Below, piece after piece: positions 56,116 to 64,000 of a DNA stretch of 64,000 bases. The stretch is from an uncultured delta proteobacterium (GTDB taxonomy: Bacteria; Desulfobacterota; Binatia; UBA9968), in the NCBI GenBank assembly GCA_963771465.1, contig CAVYTU010000017.1:480001-544000 (forward strand), written 5' to 3'. The notes under the pieces are model-generated. The model searched no databases and was not told where the DNA came from. It saw nothing but the letters and a program-made list of their open reading frames with translations. The stretch's first letter is position 1. Every line of letters starts with the position of its first letter. Both the position numbers and the translations under genes were made by a program.

Positions 56116-58391
56116 TACGATGAGCTCGTTTGATTTAGCGCCGCCAACACGAGTTTCGGCGTAAAGGGCACGTCGCGCAGTTTGATCCCGACGGCGTCGA
56201 AGATCGCGCTGGCGATGGCCGCCGGGATCGGTACTGTCGATAATTCTCCCGCGCCTAGCGGGGTTACGTCTTGACGATTAACGAGTACAATGTCCAGTTC
56301 CGGGATATCCGGAAACTTAAGGATGGGGTAGCTCGACCAATCCAAACTCGTGACTCCAGCCGCATCGAAGGTGACTTCTTCCAATAGTGCGCGGCTTACG
56401 CCTTGAACGATGTTGCCTTCAACCTGATTCTTCACGCCGTCCGGATTTACGATCAGACCACAATCGTGCGCCATCGTAATGCGTTGAACCGTCACTTTGC
56501 CAGTCGTCTTATTCACCTCAACGTCGGCGATGGCCGCGGCGTAGCCGCCCGAACGCCGAGTCATCGCCACGCCTCTTCCAGCCGCGGTAGCGCCGCTCGC
56601 TTTGGCGGCGGGGGCGCCGCGTTTTTGCCATTGGGCTTTTTCCGCCGCTGCTTTTAGTGTTTCCGTGCCGCGTTTGTCATTGGTCAAATAGCGCAAGCGC
56701 AAGTCGATCGGGTCAACTGCTAAATCCGCGGCGATCTCGTTGAGCAATGTTTCACTGGCGAATGCGCGCGCCAATTGTCCGGGCGCGCGTAAGTTGCTGG
56801 TCCGGAGTGGAAAGGGCTCCGACTGCATCCAGGGAATTTGCTCAGCGGCGACTTTTATATTCTCAAAAGCGTAGATTTCGCCGCTGCCTTGGTTGCCATT
56901 GCCTGAGCCTGGAGATTTTGTTTTGTTGCCGATCTGTTCCGAAGCCAACAGAGTGGTGCTCGAAGCAACCGTCCAGGGAAAACTATAATCGGTAAATTCC
57001 CAGGCAATAATCTTGCCCGTCTCGTCGACACCGGCCTTGATCGTCTGGGTTTGCGCCGGCCCTTTGGGTTCCCAGCCATGCTCGTCCTCGCGCGACCATT
57101 GCACACGCACCGGCGCGCCGACGGCGCGTGAGAGCAGCGCGGCATCTTCGGCGCCGTCGTCATTGCTCATGCGACCGTAGGAGCCGGAAGCTTCGTGATA
57201 AATCACGCGGACGTTTTTTTCTGGAATCTTTAACAGTGACGCCATCGACGCACGGGTGCGAAACGGACCCTGGCAGCCGGACCAAACCGTGGCTTTATCG
57301 CCACGCACGTTGGCAATGGCGCAAGACGGACCGATCATGCCGTGCATTTGAAACGGCCAGCGATAGGCCGCTTCATATCGTTTATTGGCATTGGTCAAGA
57401 CCGACGATGGATTTCCTCTCTCCGGGCCCTTGAGCGTAGTAAAACTCTTGGTGTTGCGCAGGTAGCTATAAAGCTCTGTCGCATCAGCCGGTAATTTGAA
57501 TTTCGTCGGTGACCAGGACACTTTCAACGCTTTCGCGGCCTTGATTGCCGACCATTCGGTTTTCGCCACGACACCGACGAAATTTCCTTCACGGACGACT
57601 TTGACCATGCCCGCAATATCTTTAATCGAGCTTTCGTCGATGCTCGCCGGCGCGGAATTTACCACCGGCGGGCGAATCACGCGCCCATGCAACATGCCGG
57701 GAACGCGCACGTCTTGTATGTAGACTCTTTCACCGGTGAGTTTAGGTGGCAAATCGAACCGACGCACCGAGGTGCCGACGGTTTTGTACTCTTTAGGATC
57801 TTTCGGCTTCACGTCCTTGGCCAGTTTGAGTTCGCCGGCCCGTCCTTCCGCATCGATTGTTACGTTGAATCGTTTGCCGCCGATCAACTGACCGTACGAA
57901 ATTCGTTTGGCTGGATTGCCCGCGACGCTGACCACACCGTCTCGAACGGTGAGTTTGTCGGCTGGGGCACCGAGCTTTTCCGCCGCTAGGCGCAAAAGTT
58001 CTTTGCGCGCTGCGGCAGCGGCCTGGCGAATTTGCGGGCCCGCTCGTTCGATCGTCCGGCTGCCGGAAGTCGTCGCTTGATCGATGGTCTTGGACGTGTC
58101 GCCCATGTCGACTTTGACTCGTTGCCACGGTACGTCGAGTTCCTCCGCAGCGATCTGTGCCAATGCCGTCTCAATGCCCGTGCCTAGCTCGACTTTGCTG
58201 GTGAATACCGTCACGCCGCCGTCTCGGCCGATTGCGATCCAAGAATCGAGCTTGGTTGGATCCGGTTCGGCGTCAGCGTTGTCTTGCGCAAAAAGGCCGG
58301 ACGGCGACGGGAACAGATTGAAGCTGACGACGAGCGCGCCGGTGGATTTAACAAACTGTCGGCGTGTAAGTTCCATGGTTTTCATTTTCAT
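56115..58391 (-). CDS. Xanthine dehydrogenase family molybdopterin-binding subunit (IorB/NicB-like) with a Tat motif
   Basis: TRRQFVK, KVELGTG, QIAAEELDV, IGPSCA, VQWSREDE, LRAPG, HDCGLIVNPD and GAGE. Confidence 0.92.
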   Translation of the reverse strand: MKMKTMELTRRQFVKSTGALVVSFNLFPSPSGLFAQDNADAEPDPTKLDSWIAIGRDGGVTVFTSKVELGTGIETALAQIAAEELDVPWQRVKVDMGDTSKTIDQATTSGSRTIERAGPQIRQAAAAARKELLRLAAEKLGAPADKLTVRDGVVSVAGNPAKRISYGQLIGGKRFNVTIDAEGRAGELKLAKDVKPKDPKEYKTVGTSVRRFDLPPKLTGERVYIQDVRVPGMLHGRVIRPPVVNSAPASIDESSIKDIAGMVKVVREGNFVGVVAKTEWSAIKAAKALKVSWSPTKFKLPADATELYSYLRNTKSFTTLKGPERGNPSSVLTNANKRYEAAYRWPFQMHGMIGPSCAIANVRGDKATVWSGCQGPFRTRASMASLLKIPEKNVRVIYHEASGSYGRMSNDDGAEDAALLSRAVGAPVRVQWSREDEHGWEPKGPAQTQTIKAGVDETGKIIAWEFTDYSFPWTVASSTTLLASEQIGNKTKSPGSGNGNQGSGEIYAFENIKVAAEQIPWMQSEPFPLRTSNLRAPGQLARAFASETLLNEIAADLAVDPIDLRLRYLTNDKRGTETLKAAAEKAQWQKRGAPAAKASGATAAGRGVAMTRRSGGYAAAIADVEVNKTTGKVTVQRITMAHDCGLIVNPDGVKNQVEGNIVQGVSRALLEEVTFDAAGVTSLDWSSYPILKFPDIPELDIVLVNRQDVTPLGAGELSTVPIPAAIASAIFDAVGIKLRDVPFTPKLVLAALNQTSSS

Positions 58392-58397
58392 CGCTCC

Positions 58398-58862
58398 TTA
58401 CGCTAACTGTCCCGAGGCCCGTTTGACCGCCCGCATAATGCGAATATGAGTGCCGCAGCGGCATAGGTTCCCAGCTAACGCCTCTTTGATCTGGCTATCC
58501 GTCGGCTTGGGATTTTTATCGAGCAAGGCTTTGCTGCTCATGACCATGCCGTTGATGCAGTAGCCGCACTGGACCGCTTGCTCGTCGACGAACGCCTGCT
58601 GGATCTTGTGCATCTTTTTGGTGTTGCCCAAGCCTTCGAGCGTGGTGACGGCTTTATTCTGCGCCGCGCTCACAGGAGTGACGCAGGAGCGAATCGCGTT
58701 GCCGTCCATGATCACCGTGCAAGCGCCGCATTGAGCCAAGCCGCAGCCGAACTTGGGACCGTTCAATTGCAAATCGTTGCGCAGAGCGTAGAGCAGCGGC
58801 ATCTCCGGCTCGACGTCGACGGTTTGCGTCCTGCCGTTAACGCGCAATGGTATTTTGGCCAT
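58398..58862 (-). CDS. (2Fe-2S)-binding subunit (IorA/CoxS-like)
   Basis: KFGCGLAQCGACTV, QCGYC and NLCRCGT. Confidence 0.95.
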   Translation of the reverse strand: MAKIPLRVNGRTQTVDVEPEMPLLYALRNDLQLNGPKFGCGLAQCGACTVIMDGNAIRSCVTPVSAAQNKAVTTLEGLGNTKKMHKIQQAFVDEQAVQCGYCINGMVMSSKALLDKNPKPTDSQIKEALAGNLCRCGTHIRIMRAVKRASGQLA

Positions 58863-59051
58863 GTGACCTCCTTGGGCGAGGGAAAAAGGTTGAACGATGA
58901 GAATCGAAGTTCTGACTTATTAAGGAAGAGGATCTTGCGAAAGTCAAGATGAACCGGGGATCCCGCTAGCGAGAAACGATCGGCGTCCTTGGTTTGACAG
59001 GCAGCGTGGCGAGGCCGTACTTTAGCGATCGTGGTTCAAAAAGGAGAGCTG

Positions 59052-59483
59052 ATGAAGACGGCGAATACGATCAAGCTGACTCAGGAAGGGGCGATGACGA
59101 TCTTGCGTGGCGCGTTGGACAAAGCGCACGCGCTTGGCGTACATGCGAGCGTCGCTGTGGTTGACGATGGCGGCCATCTGATCGTTTTTGGCCGGTCTGA
59201 AGAAGCAGAGCTTTACTCAGTCGCCATCTGTCAGGCCAAGGCGCGGAGCGCTGCGCTTACGCGGTTCCCGTCGGGCAAGAAAAGTCCCAGCGGCAATGAG
59301 CGTGACGATCATCACGCGATTGCCATCACGTTAGCCGCGGGCGCCGGTTCCTTTGTCACTATCGCCGGCGGTTTTCCGATCGTGGTCAATGGCCGTTGTA
59401 TCGGCGCCGTGGGAGCCAGTGGCGCGTCGAAAAATGACGTTGTCATCGCCCAAGCCGGCATCGCCGCCTTCGAGCGCGCGTGA
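59052..59483 (+). CDS. GlcG/HbpS family heme-binding protein
   Basis: VAVVDDGG, AKARSA and GGFPIVVNG..IGAVGASG. Confidence 0.88.
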   Translation: MKTANTIKLTQEGAMTILRGALDKAHALGVHASVAVVDDGGHLIVFGRSEEAELYSVAICQAKARSAALTRFPSGKKSPSGNERDDHHAIAITLAAGAGSFVTIAGGFPIVVNGRCIGAVGASGASKNDVVIAQAGIAAFERA

Positions 59484-59519
59484 TGCCCGCCATTGAACTA
59501 AACAGAAAAGGAGCGAACC

Positions 59520-60224
59520 ATGATTCGAGTGGCATTCGTCATCGGCGGTTATCCGCCTGAAGAGTATAAGCGACGCGCCGATGTGGCGCGTTCCTATTCC
59601 AGCGCCGAAATCGAGGTGGGGATTGTCGACACTAAAGCATCGCCGTATTTATACGGCATCACACCGACGGAAGTTCAGCTGGTCGCGCCGGCATTTATCG
59701 AGAGCTTCAAGCAAGCCGAACGCGAAGGCTACGACGCGGTCGTGCCGCTCGGTATGCTCGATCTCGCGGTGGAAGGCGGCAAGTCGGCAGTCGATATCCC
59801 GGTGGTCGGACCGATGGAGGCGTCGCTGCACATCGCGTCCTTGCTCGGCGACCGCTTCGGTTTGATCGTCTATCATGAGAATCTGCTCGCCTTCAATCGC
59901 GCCATTGTTCGCCGCTATGGCATGGAAGAGCGGATCGTCGGCTTCGGTGTGAGCGGCTTCGATCTGCCGGATATTGCCGCTCATCGCGACAAAGTTGTCG
60001 AAAATTTCGTCGGCGAGGCCAAGCGATTGGTCGCGCAAGGCGCAGAGGTTATCATTCCGATGGGCATCACCCAGTGCCCGGTGCATATCAAGGCAGCCTG
60101 GCTGCAAGAGCAGTTGGGCGTACCGGTGGTGGAAGGCATCGGCGCGCCGATTCGCATGGCGGCGATGCTGGCGGGCTTAGGCTTAAAGCAAAGCCGGGTG
60201 CGCTGGCCTAAGTCCCGGAGTTAG
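59520..60224 (+). CDS. Asp/Glu/hydantoin racemase superfamily protein with atypical catalytic motifs
   Basis: AEREGYDAV, IPVVGPMEAS, GAEVII, GVPVVEG and GLKQSR..WP. Confidence 0.82.
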   Translation: MIRVAFVIGGYPPEEYKRRADVARSYSSAEIEVGIVDTKASPYLYGITPTEVQLVAPAFIESFKQAEREGYDAVVPLGMLDLAVEGGKSAVDIPVVGPMEASLHIASLLGDRFGLIVYHENLLAFNRAIVRRYGMEERIVGFGVSGFDLPDIAAHRDKVVENFVGEAKRLVAQGAEVIIPMGITQCPVHIKAAWLQEQLGVPVVEGIGAPIRMAAMLAGLGLKQSRVRWPKSRS

Positions 60225-60253
60225 GATACGAAAAGGAGAGTCTTCATACGAAT

Positions 60254-61660
60254 ATGGCTACCCAGGAAAATAATCAGATCGTGCAGCCGCCGCTGGTCAA
60301 ACAGATCGCCGAGATCGTTCTTAGTGTCGACCCTCTGCGGATTCCCGCCGACGTTTTGCTCAAGACCAAGACGCTGATTCTCGATGCGATCGGTTGCGCG
60401 TTGGCGGCGCGGCGCGAACCGGTCTTCGAGCGCGCGCTTAAAACCTTTGCAGCCATCGGCGGCACGCCCCAATGCAGCGTGATTGGAACCCAGCAGCGTG
60501 CGCCGGTGACCAGCGCGGTGATGCTCAACGGCATTTTGATCCGCGCGCTCGATATGAATGACGCTTACGTCGGCCACGGCCATCTCGGCCATCCGAGCGA
60601 TAACATCGCCGTCGCGCTGTCGGTGGGCGAACGGCAACGGAGCTCGGGGCTTGATGTCCTGGCGAGCGTCGCCGTCGGCTACGAAATTTATTGCCGCATA
60701 CAAGAACTCGTGCAGTCGGGCGGAGCGTGGGACCATACGACCGGTTCGGCGTTGACGGCCCCCGTGATTGCCGCACGTTTGATGAAATTATCACCCGATC
60801 AACTTGCTCATGCCTTGGCGCTGTCTGCGGCGCACGGCAACACGTTGGCGGAAGTAAGATCCGGCCAGTTGTCCAATGCTAAAGCGATGGCCAATGGATT
60901 TGTCGCCATGCAAGCGACTCTGTGCGCCTTGCTCGCGGGTGAAGGTGTAACCGGACCGCTGACGGTGCTCGAAGGGCGACGTGGCTTGAATCGCGGGCTG
61001 CTTGCGGGCGGCGATCTGAATCTTCTGGCCGAACCGATTGGCGAGCGATTCCGGATCAGCGACGTGGGCATAAAGCCGTATCCCTGTATCGGCACGGCAC
61101 AGACCATGGTCGCCGGCGTGCTGCAATTGCGCGCGGGCATCGCCGATCCGACGAAGGCAGTGAAACACATTGAGGTGCGCATGGCGGACGTGCCCATGGT
61201 TAGCGGCCAAGTCGCGGATGTTGACCGGCGCTTTCCGACCAGTCGTGAAACCGCCGATCACAGTTTTTGTTTTCTTGCGGCCGTGGCGCTGACCGACGGC
61301 GAATTGTCCCAGAGGCAATTCGACAACGAACGCTGGCTCCAGCCGGCGATCAAGCCGCTCATGGAATGCATCACCATCCGCACCGACGCCGCGCTCAATC
61401 AATACGCTCCCAGCAGCTATCCCGCCGCGGTTGAGATGACGCTGGAAAACGGCGAGCGACGCACGGCTGAAGTAATTTTTCCCAAGGGCCATCCGCAGAA
61501 TCCCATGTCGCGAGCCGAAGTCGAAGCCAAATTCAGCAGCTGCGCGCGGGCAACATTAAGCGAGAAACAGCAGGCGAGAATTATTTCGTTAGTTTACGAT
61601 CTCGACAGCCTGACGGATGTGAGTGGTCTTTTGAAGGAATTGTCGGTCGGTGACAGCTGA
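60254..61660 (+). CDS. MmgE/PrpD family protein
   Basis: ILDAIGCA, LIRALDMND, GHPSDNI, KPYPC, RETADHS and PKGHPQNPM. Confidence 0.92.
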   Translation: MATQENNQIVQPPLVKQIAEIVLSVDPLRIPADVLLKTKTLILDAIGCALAARREPVFERALKTFAAIGGTPQCSVIGTQQRAPVTSAVMLNGILIRALDMNDAYVGHGHLGHPSDNIAVALSVGERQRSSGLDVLASVAVGYEIYCRIQELVQSGGAWDHTTGSALTAPVIAARLMKLSPDQLAHALALSAAHGNTLAEVRSGQLSNAKAMANGFVAMQATLCALLAGEGVTGPLTVLEGRRGLNRGLLAGGDLNLLAEPIGERFRISDVGIKPYPCIGTAQTMVAGVLQLRAGIADPTKAVKHIEVRMADVPMVSGQVADVDRRFPTSRETADHSFCFLAAVALTDGELSQRQFDNERWLQPAIKPLMECITIRTDAALNQYAPSSYPAAVEMTLENGERRTAEVIFPKGHPQNPMSRAEVEAKFSSCARATLSEKQQARIISLVYDLDSLTDVSGLLKELSVGDS

Positions 61661-61702
61661 AGGCGAATCGTTGCTTCAGCCAACCGTCGGTCTACGCAGC
61701 AA

Positions 61703-62344
61703 TCAGGTCCCCGGCAATTGTTTGAGCGTCTCACTCAGATGGGACCGGTCCGCCAGGACTTTCAAGAGCGGTCCCTGCGCGGTCCATTCCACCACACTCA
61801 CCGAAGCCACCGGACAGCCGAGACGATAGCGAAACTGTGACAGATCGATGCCCAAGAGGCGGCATAACAGCGCCCGAATCGTTGCTTTGTGAGATACGAC
61901 CAAGACATTGCCGTCAGTGACCGATTGTCTGATTTCCTCGACTACGCGCAGGGCCCGATCCGCCAACGTAAGCGCCGACTCGCCGCCGCTGGGTGGGTAG
62001 CGGGCCGCGTCAGATAGGAATCGCGCATAATCGTCGGGGAAATCTCGCTTCACGACTTCGACAGTCAAACCTTCCCACTGGCCGTAACTGATTTCACGCA
62101 AGCCGTCGCGTAATTCCATCGACTTGGCGATCGCTTCGCAGAGTGCGCCTGCCGTGGCCACGGTCCGTTTCAGTGGGCTTGCGTACACGGCGCGCCAATC
62201 CAATGCGCGATAGCTATGAGTGAACGCTTGCGCCATCGCTAAGCCCGCGTCTGTCAATTCAGGATCCGAGCCGCAACCGGAAAAAATATTGTCCCGGCTA
62301 AAGGCGGTCTGTCCGTGGCGTAGAAAATAAAGGTTTAGAGACAT
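61703..62344 (-). CDS. Histidine phosphatase (phosphoglycerate mutase) family protein
   Basis: FLRHGQT, ASPLKRT, LREISYGQWEG, GGES and VSHKATIR. Confidence 0.92.
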   Translation of the reverse strand: MSLNLYFLRHGQTAFSRDNIFSGCGSDPELTDAGLAMAQAFTHSYRALDWRAVYASPLKRTVATAGALCEAIAKSMELRDGLREISYGQWEGLTVEVVKRDFPDDYARFLSDAARYPPSGGESALTLADRALRVVEEIRQSVTDGNVLVVSHKATIRALLCRLLGIDLSQFRYRLGCPVASVSVVEWTAQGPLLKVLADRSHLSETLKQLPGT

Positions 62345-62605
62345 AAGCTTCTGTTCCACTAGACTAAACTTTTGCGAAGGAAATAGCGATGGTGCCGGGG
62401 ACGACGAGCAGCGCGCGGACGGCAATGCGCGTGGTGATTTTTTCAACATCGTTGAGAATTAGCTTCCTGCCTTTTACCACCCCCAACGGTAGGGTGATGG
62501 TGAGCGGCGTGGAATTGCGAAAACCGCGTTTGGACGGAATGAAATTCAGAGCGTAGGCGATGGCCGCTCCGATGGCGATGATTTGCACGTCATGGTAGAG
62601 ATTAG

Positions 62606-62634
62606 CCGTGCTCGTGGCTCGTGATCGTGTCGGG
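62606..62634 (+). repeat. Second copy of the left arm of the 56053 element
   Basis: ccgtgctcgtggctcgtgatcgtgtcggg versus ccgtgctcgtggctcgtggtcgtgtccgg at 56055. Confidence 0.75.
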
Positions 62635-62730
62635 TCGCACGCGGATTTTAGCTGTTACAAACGCGAGTCGCGCTTCTCAGCGTGCTCTGGGTGGATTAAT
62701 TCCAATGTGTTCTAAAAGCTGTGGAAGTTC

Positions 62731-64000
62731 TCAGCTCGGTTGAACTTGCTTCGGCTCTTCCTTGACGAACGTTAATAGCACCATGCCGGCCAGGTAGGTC
62801 GAAGCGGCGACTAGGAACGCCGGCGTGAAGCCGTGCTTCTGCATCACGTAGCCGACGATTAACGTCCAGATCGGTCCCGAGATACAGCCGACGAAATAGT
62901 AGATCGAAAAGGCCGCATCGGTGAGATCGTCTTTGGCGGCGAAGTCGCTGATCATGGTTTGGGTGAGCGAACCGCGCGCTTCGACGACGCTACCATAGAG
63001 AATCAGATTCAAATAGAAAAGTACGCCGATGGAGGTTTGATACGCGAGCCAGACGGTCATGATCGCCGATAACAAGAGCGTGATCTGGGTGACGACGGCG
63101 CGCCGTCCCAATCGATCCGAGAACCAAGCGATGGCGAGCGGGCCGACCAGACCGGCGCCTTGCAGCACGGTTAAGAAAAGTCCGCCGACCGGCGCGCTGA
63201 CACCGTAGCGCTCCATGAAAAAGGGCACGAGATAGGTGAGATTGATACCGGTGCCCCTTCCAGCGGCGCCGACCATCAAGACCAACGACGTGAATAGAAT
63301 GTTGCGGTTCTTGAGACAGGTACGGTATGCGGCGAGATTGGCTTTGAATGCGCCGCTGCGGCTTTTGCCTTCATCGGCAGTGCCGGTGTGTTCGCGGACC
63401 ACGAAGAGCAACAGTCCCATGACGAGACTCACCAAACCGAACATGACGAACGCAGCGCGCCAATCCATGTAAAGCAACGCGATGGAAGCGAGACCGGGGC
63501 CGATGAAAGAGCCAAAGCTGCCGGCTGAATGATGAAACGTCAGCGCCCAGCCGCGCGCCTTGGGATAAAATCGCGACAAGATGCTCGAACCGAGCGGATG
63601 TTGCGGGCTCGATCCGGCATCGATGGCAATGCGAGCGACCAACAGCTGCGGATAACTGCCGACGAAATATTGCGCCATTGCGGAAAGACCGACGATCACG
63701 TTGCCGGTGCCGAGGATCGCCGTGCGCTTAAACATGCCGGTGAACAGTCCGTAAATGACTTGCAGGCCTTGGCCGACGAAATTAGAAATCGCCGACAGCG
63801 CGCCCAATTGCAACAAACCGAATCCCAACTCCTTCATCATCACCGGAAAAATGACCGAGGTGATGCTGTATTGCAGATGATTCAGAACATGGCAGCCGCT
63901 GATCAGACTCAAAGCCAGCCGTTTTTGTTTCAGCGTAGCTTCTAGAGTCGGCGTGTCATCGGTCGAGGTTGCCGCGTCGACGACGGTGGATTGATCGCTC
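62731..64000 (-). CDS. MFS transporter (Fsr-like), 5' end at or just beyond the window edge
   Basis: Frame open to 64000 (SDQSTVVD...KRLALSLISGCH); QHPLG, RGWAL..H..AG and SDRLGRR. Confidence 0.9.
   Translation of the reverse strand, partial: SDQSTVVDAATSTDDTPTLEATLKQKRLALSLISGCHVLNHLQYSITSVIFPVMMKELGFGLLQLGALSAISNFVGQGLQVIYGLFTGMFKRTAILGTGNVIVGLSAMAQYFVGSYPQLLVARIAIDAGSSPQHPLGSSILSRFYPKARGWALTFHHSAGSFGSFIGPGLASIALLYMDWRAAFVMFGLVSLVMGLLLFVVREHTGTADEGKSRSGAFKANLAAYRTCLKNRNILFTSLVLMVGAAGRGTGINLTYLVPFFMERYGVSAPVGGLFLTVLQGAGLVGPLAIAWFSDRLGRRAVVTQITLLLSAIMTVWLAYQTSIGVLFYLNLILYGSVVEARGSLTQTMISDFAAKDDLTDAAFSIYYFVGCISGPIWTLIVGYVMQKHGFTPAFLVAASTYLAGMVLLTFVKEEPKQVQPS

Noticed and set aside
62364-62588. 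74-aa minus-strand ORF upstream of the histidine phosphatase
   Set aside because: No convincing RBS or family motif.

Overview
A GC-rich bacterial chromosomal segment of about 60 genes. The many orphan TctC, TAXI and NitT-type solute-binding proteins suggest a Candidatus Binatota/'Deltaproteobacteria'-like genome (inference only). Recognisable genes: an aldehyde dehydrogenase and an SDR, pilT-pilU behind a sigma54-type promoter, an actinobacterial Sdh1-like succinate dehydrogenase operon, a decayed NtrC-type regulator, uracil-DNA glycosylase, a YdiJ-like FAD/Fe-S oxidoreductase and ald. Further on are a long stretch of orphan catabolic enzymes, two glycosyltransferases, modABC with an HTH-PBP regulator, a MetE-like protein, RluA, two MFS transporters and an IorAB-like molybdoenzyme. 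No rRNA, tRNA, CRISPR array, transposase or integrase was recognised. Four loci stand out. (1) An operon encodes a membrane protein with a Cys/Ser/Gly RiPP-like tail, a DUF692 (MNIO) enzyme, a small helical partner and a nucleotidyltransferase-like protein. (2) A four-helix-bundle gene is enclosed by inverted heptamer-repeat arms, and similar 'empty' repeat hairpins occur elsewhere in the window. (3) Three tandem paralogues of an unknown, internally duplicated family follow pilTU. (4) Two biotin-less carboxyltransferase paralogues have remodelled substrate motifs. Several single-base lesions in otherwise intact genes may be assembly errors. All family assignments come from motif recognition by eye; no database search was run.
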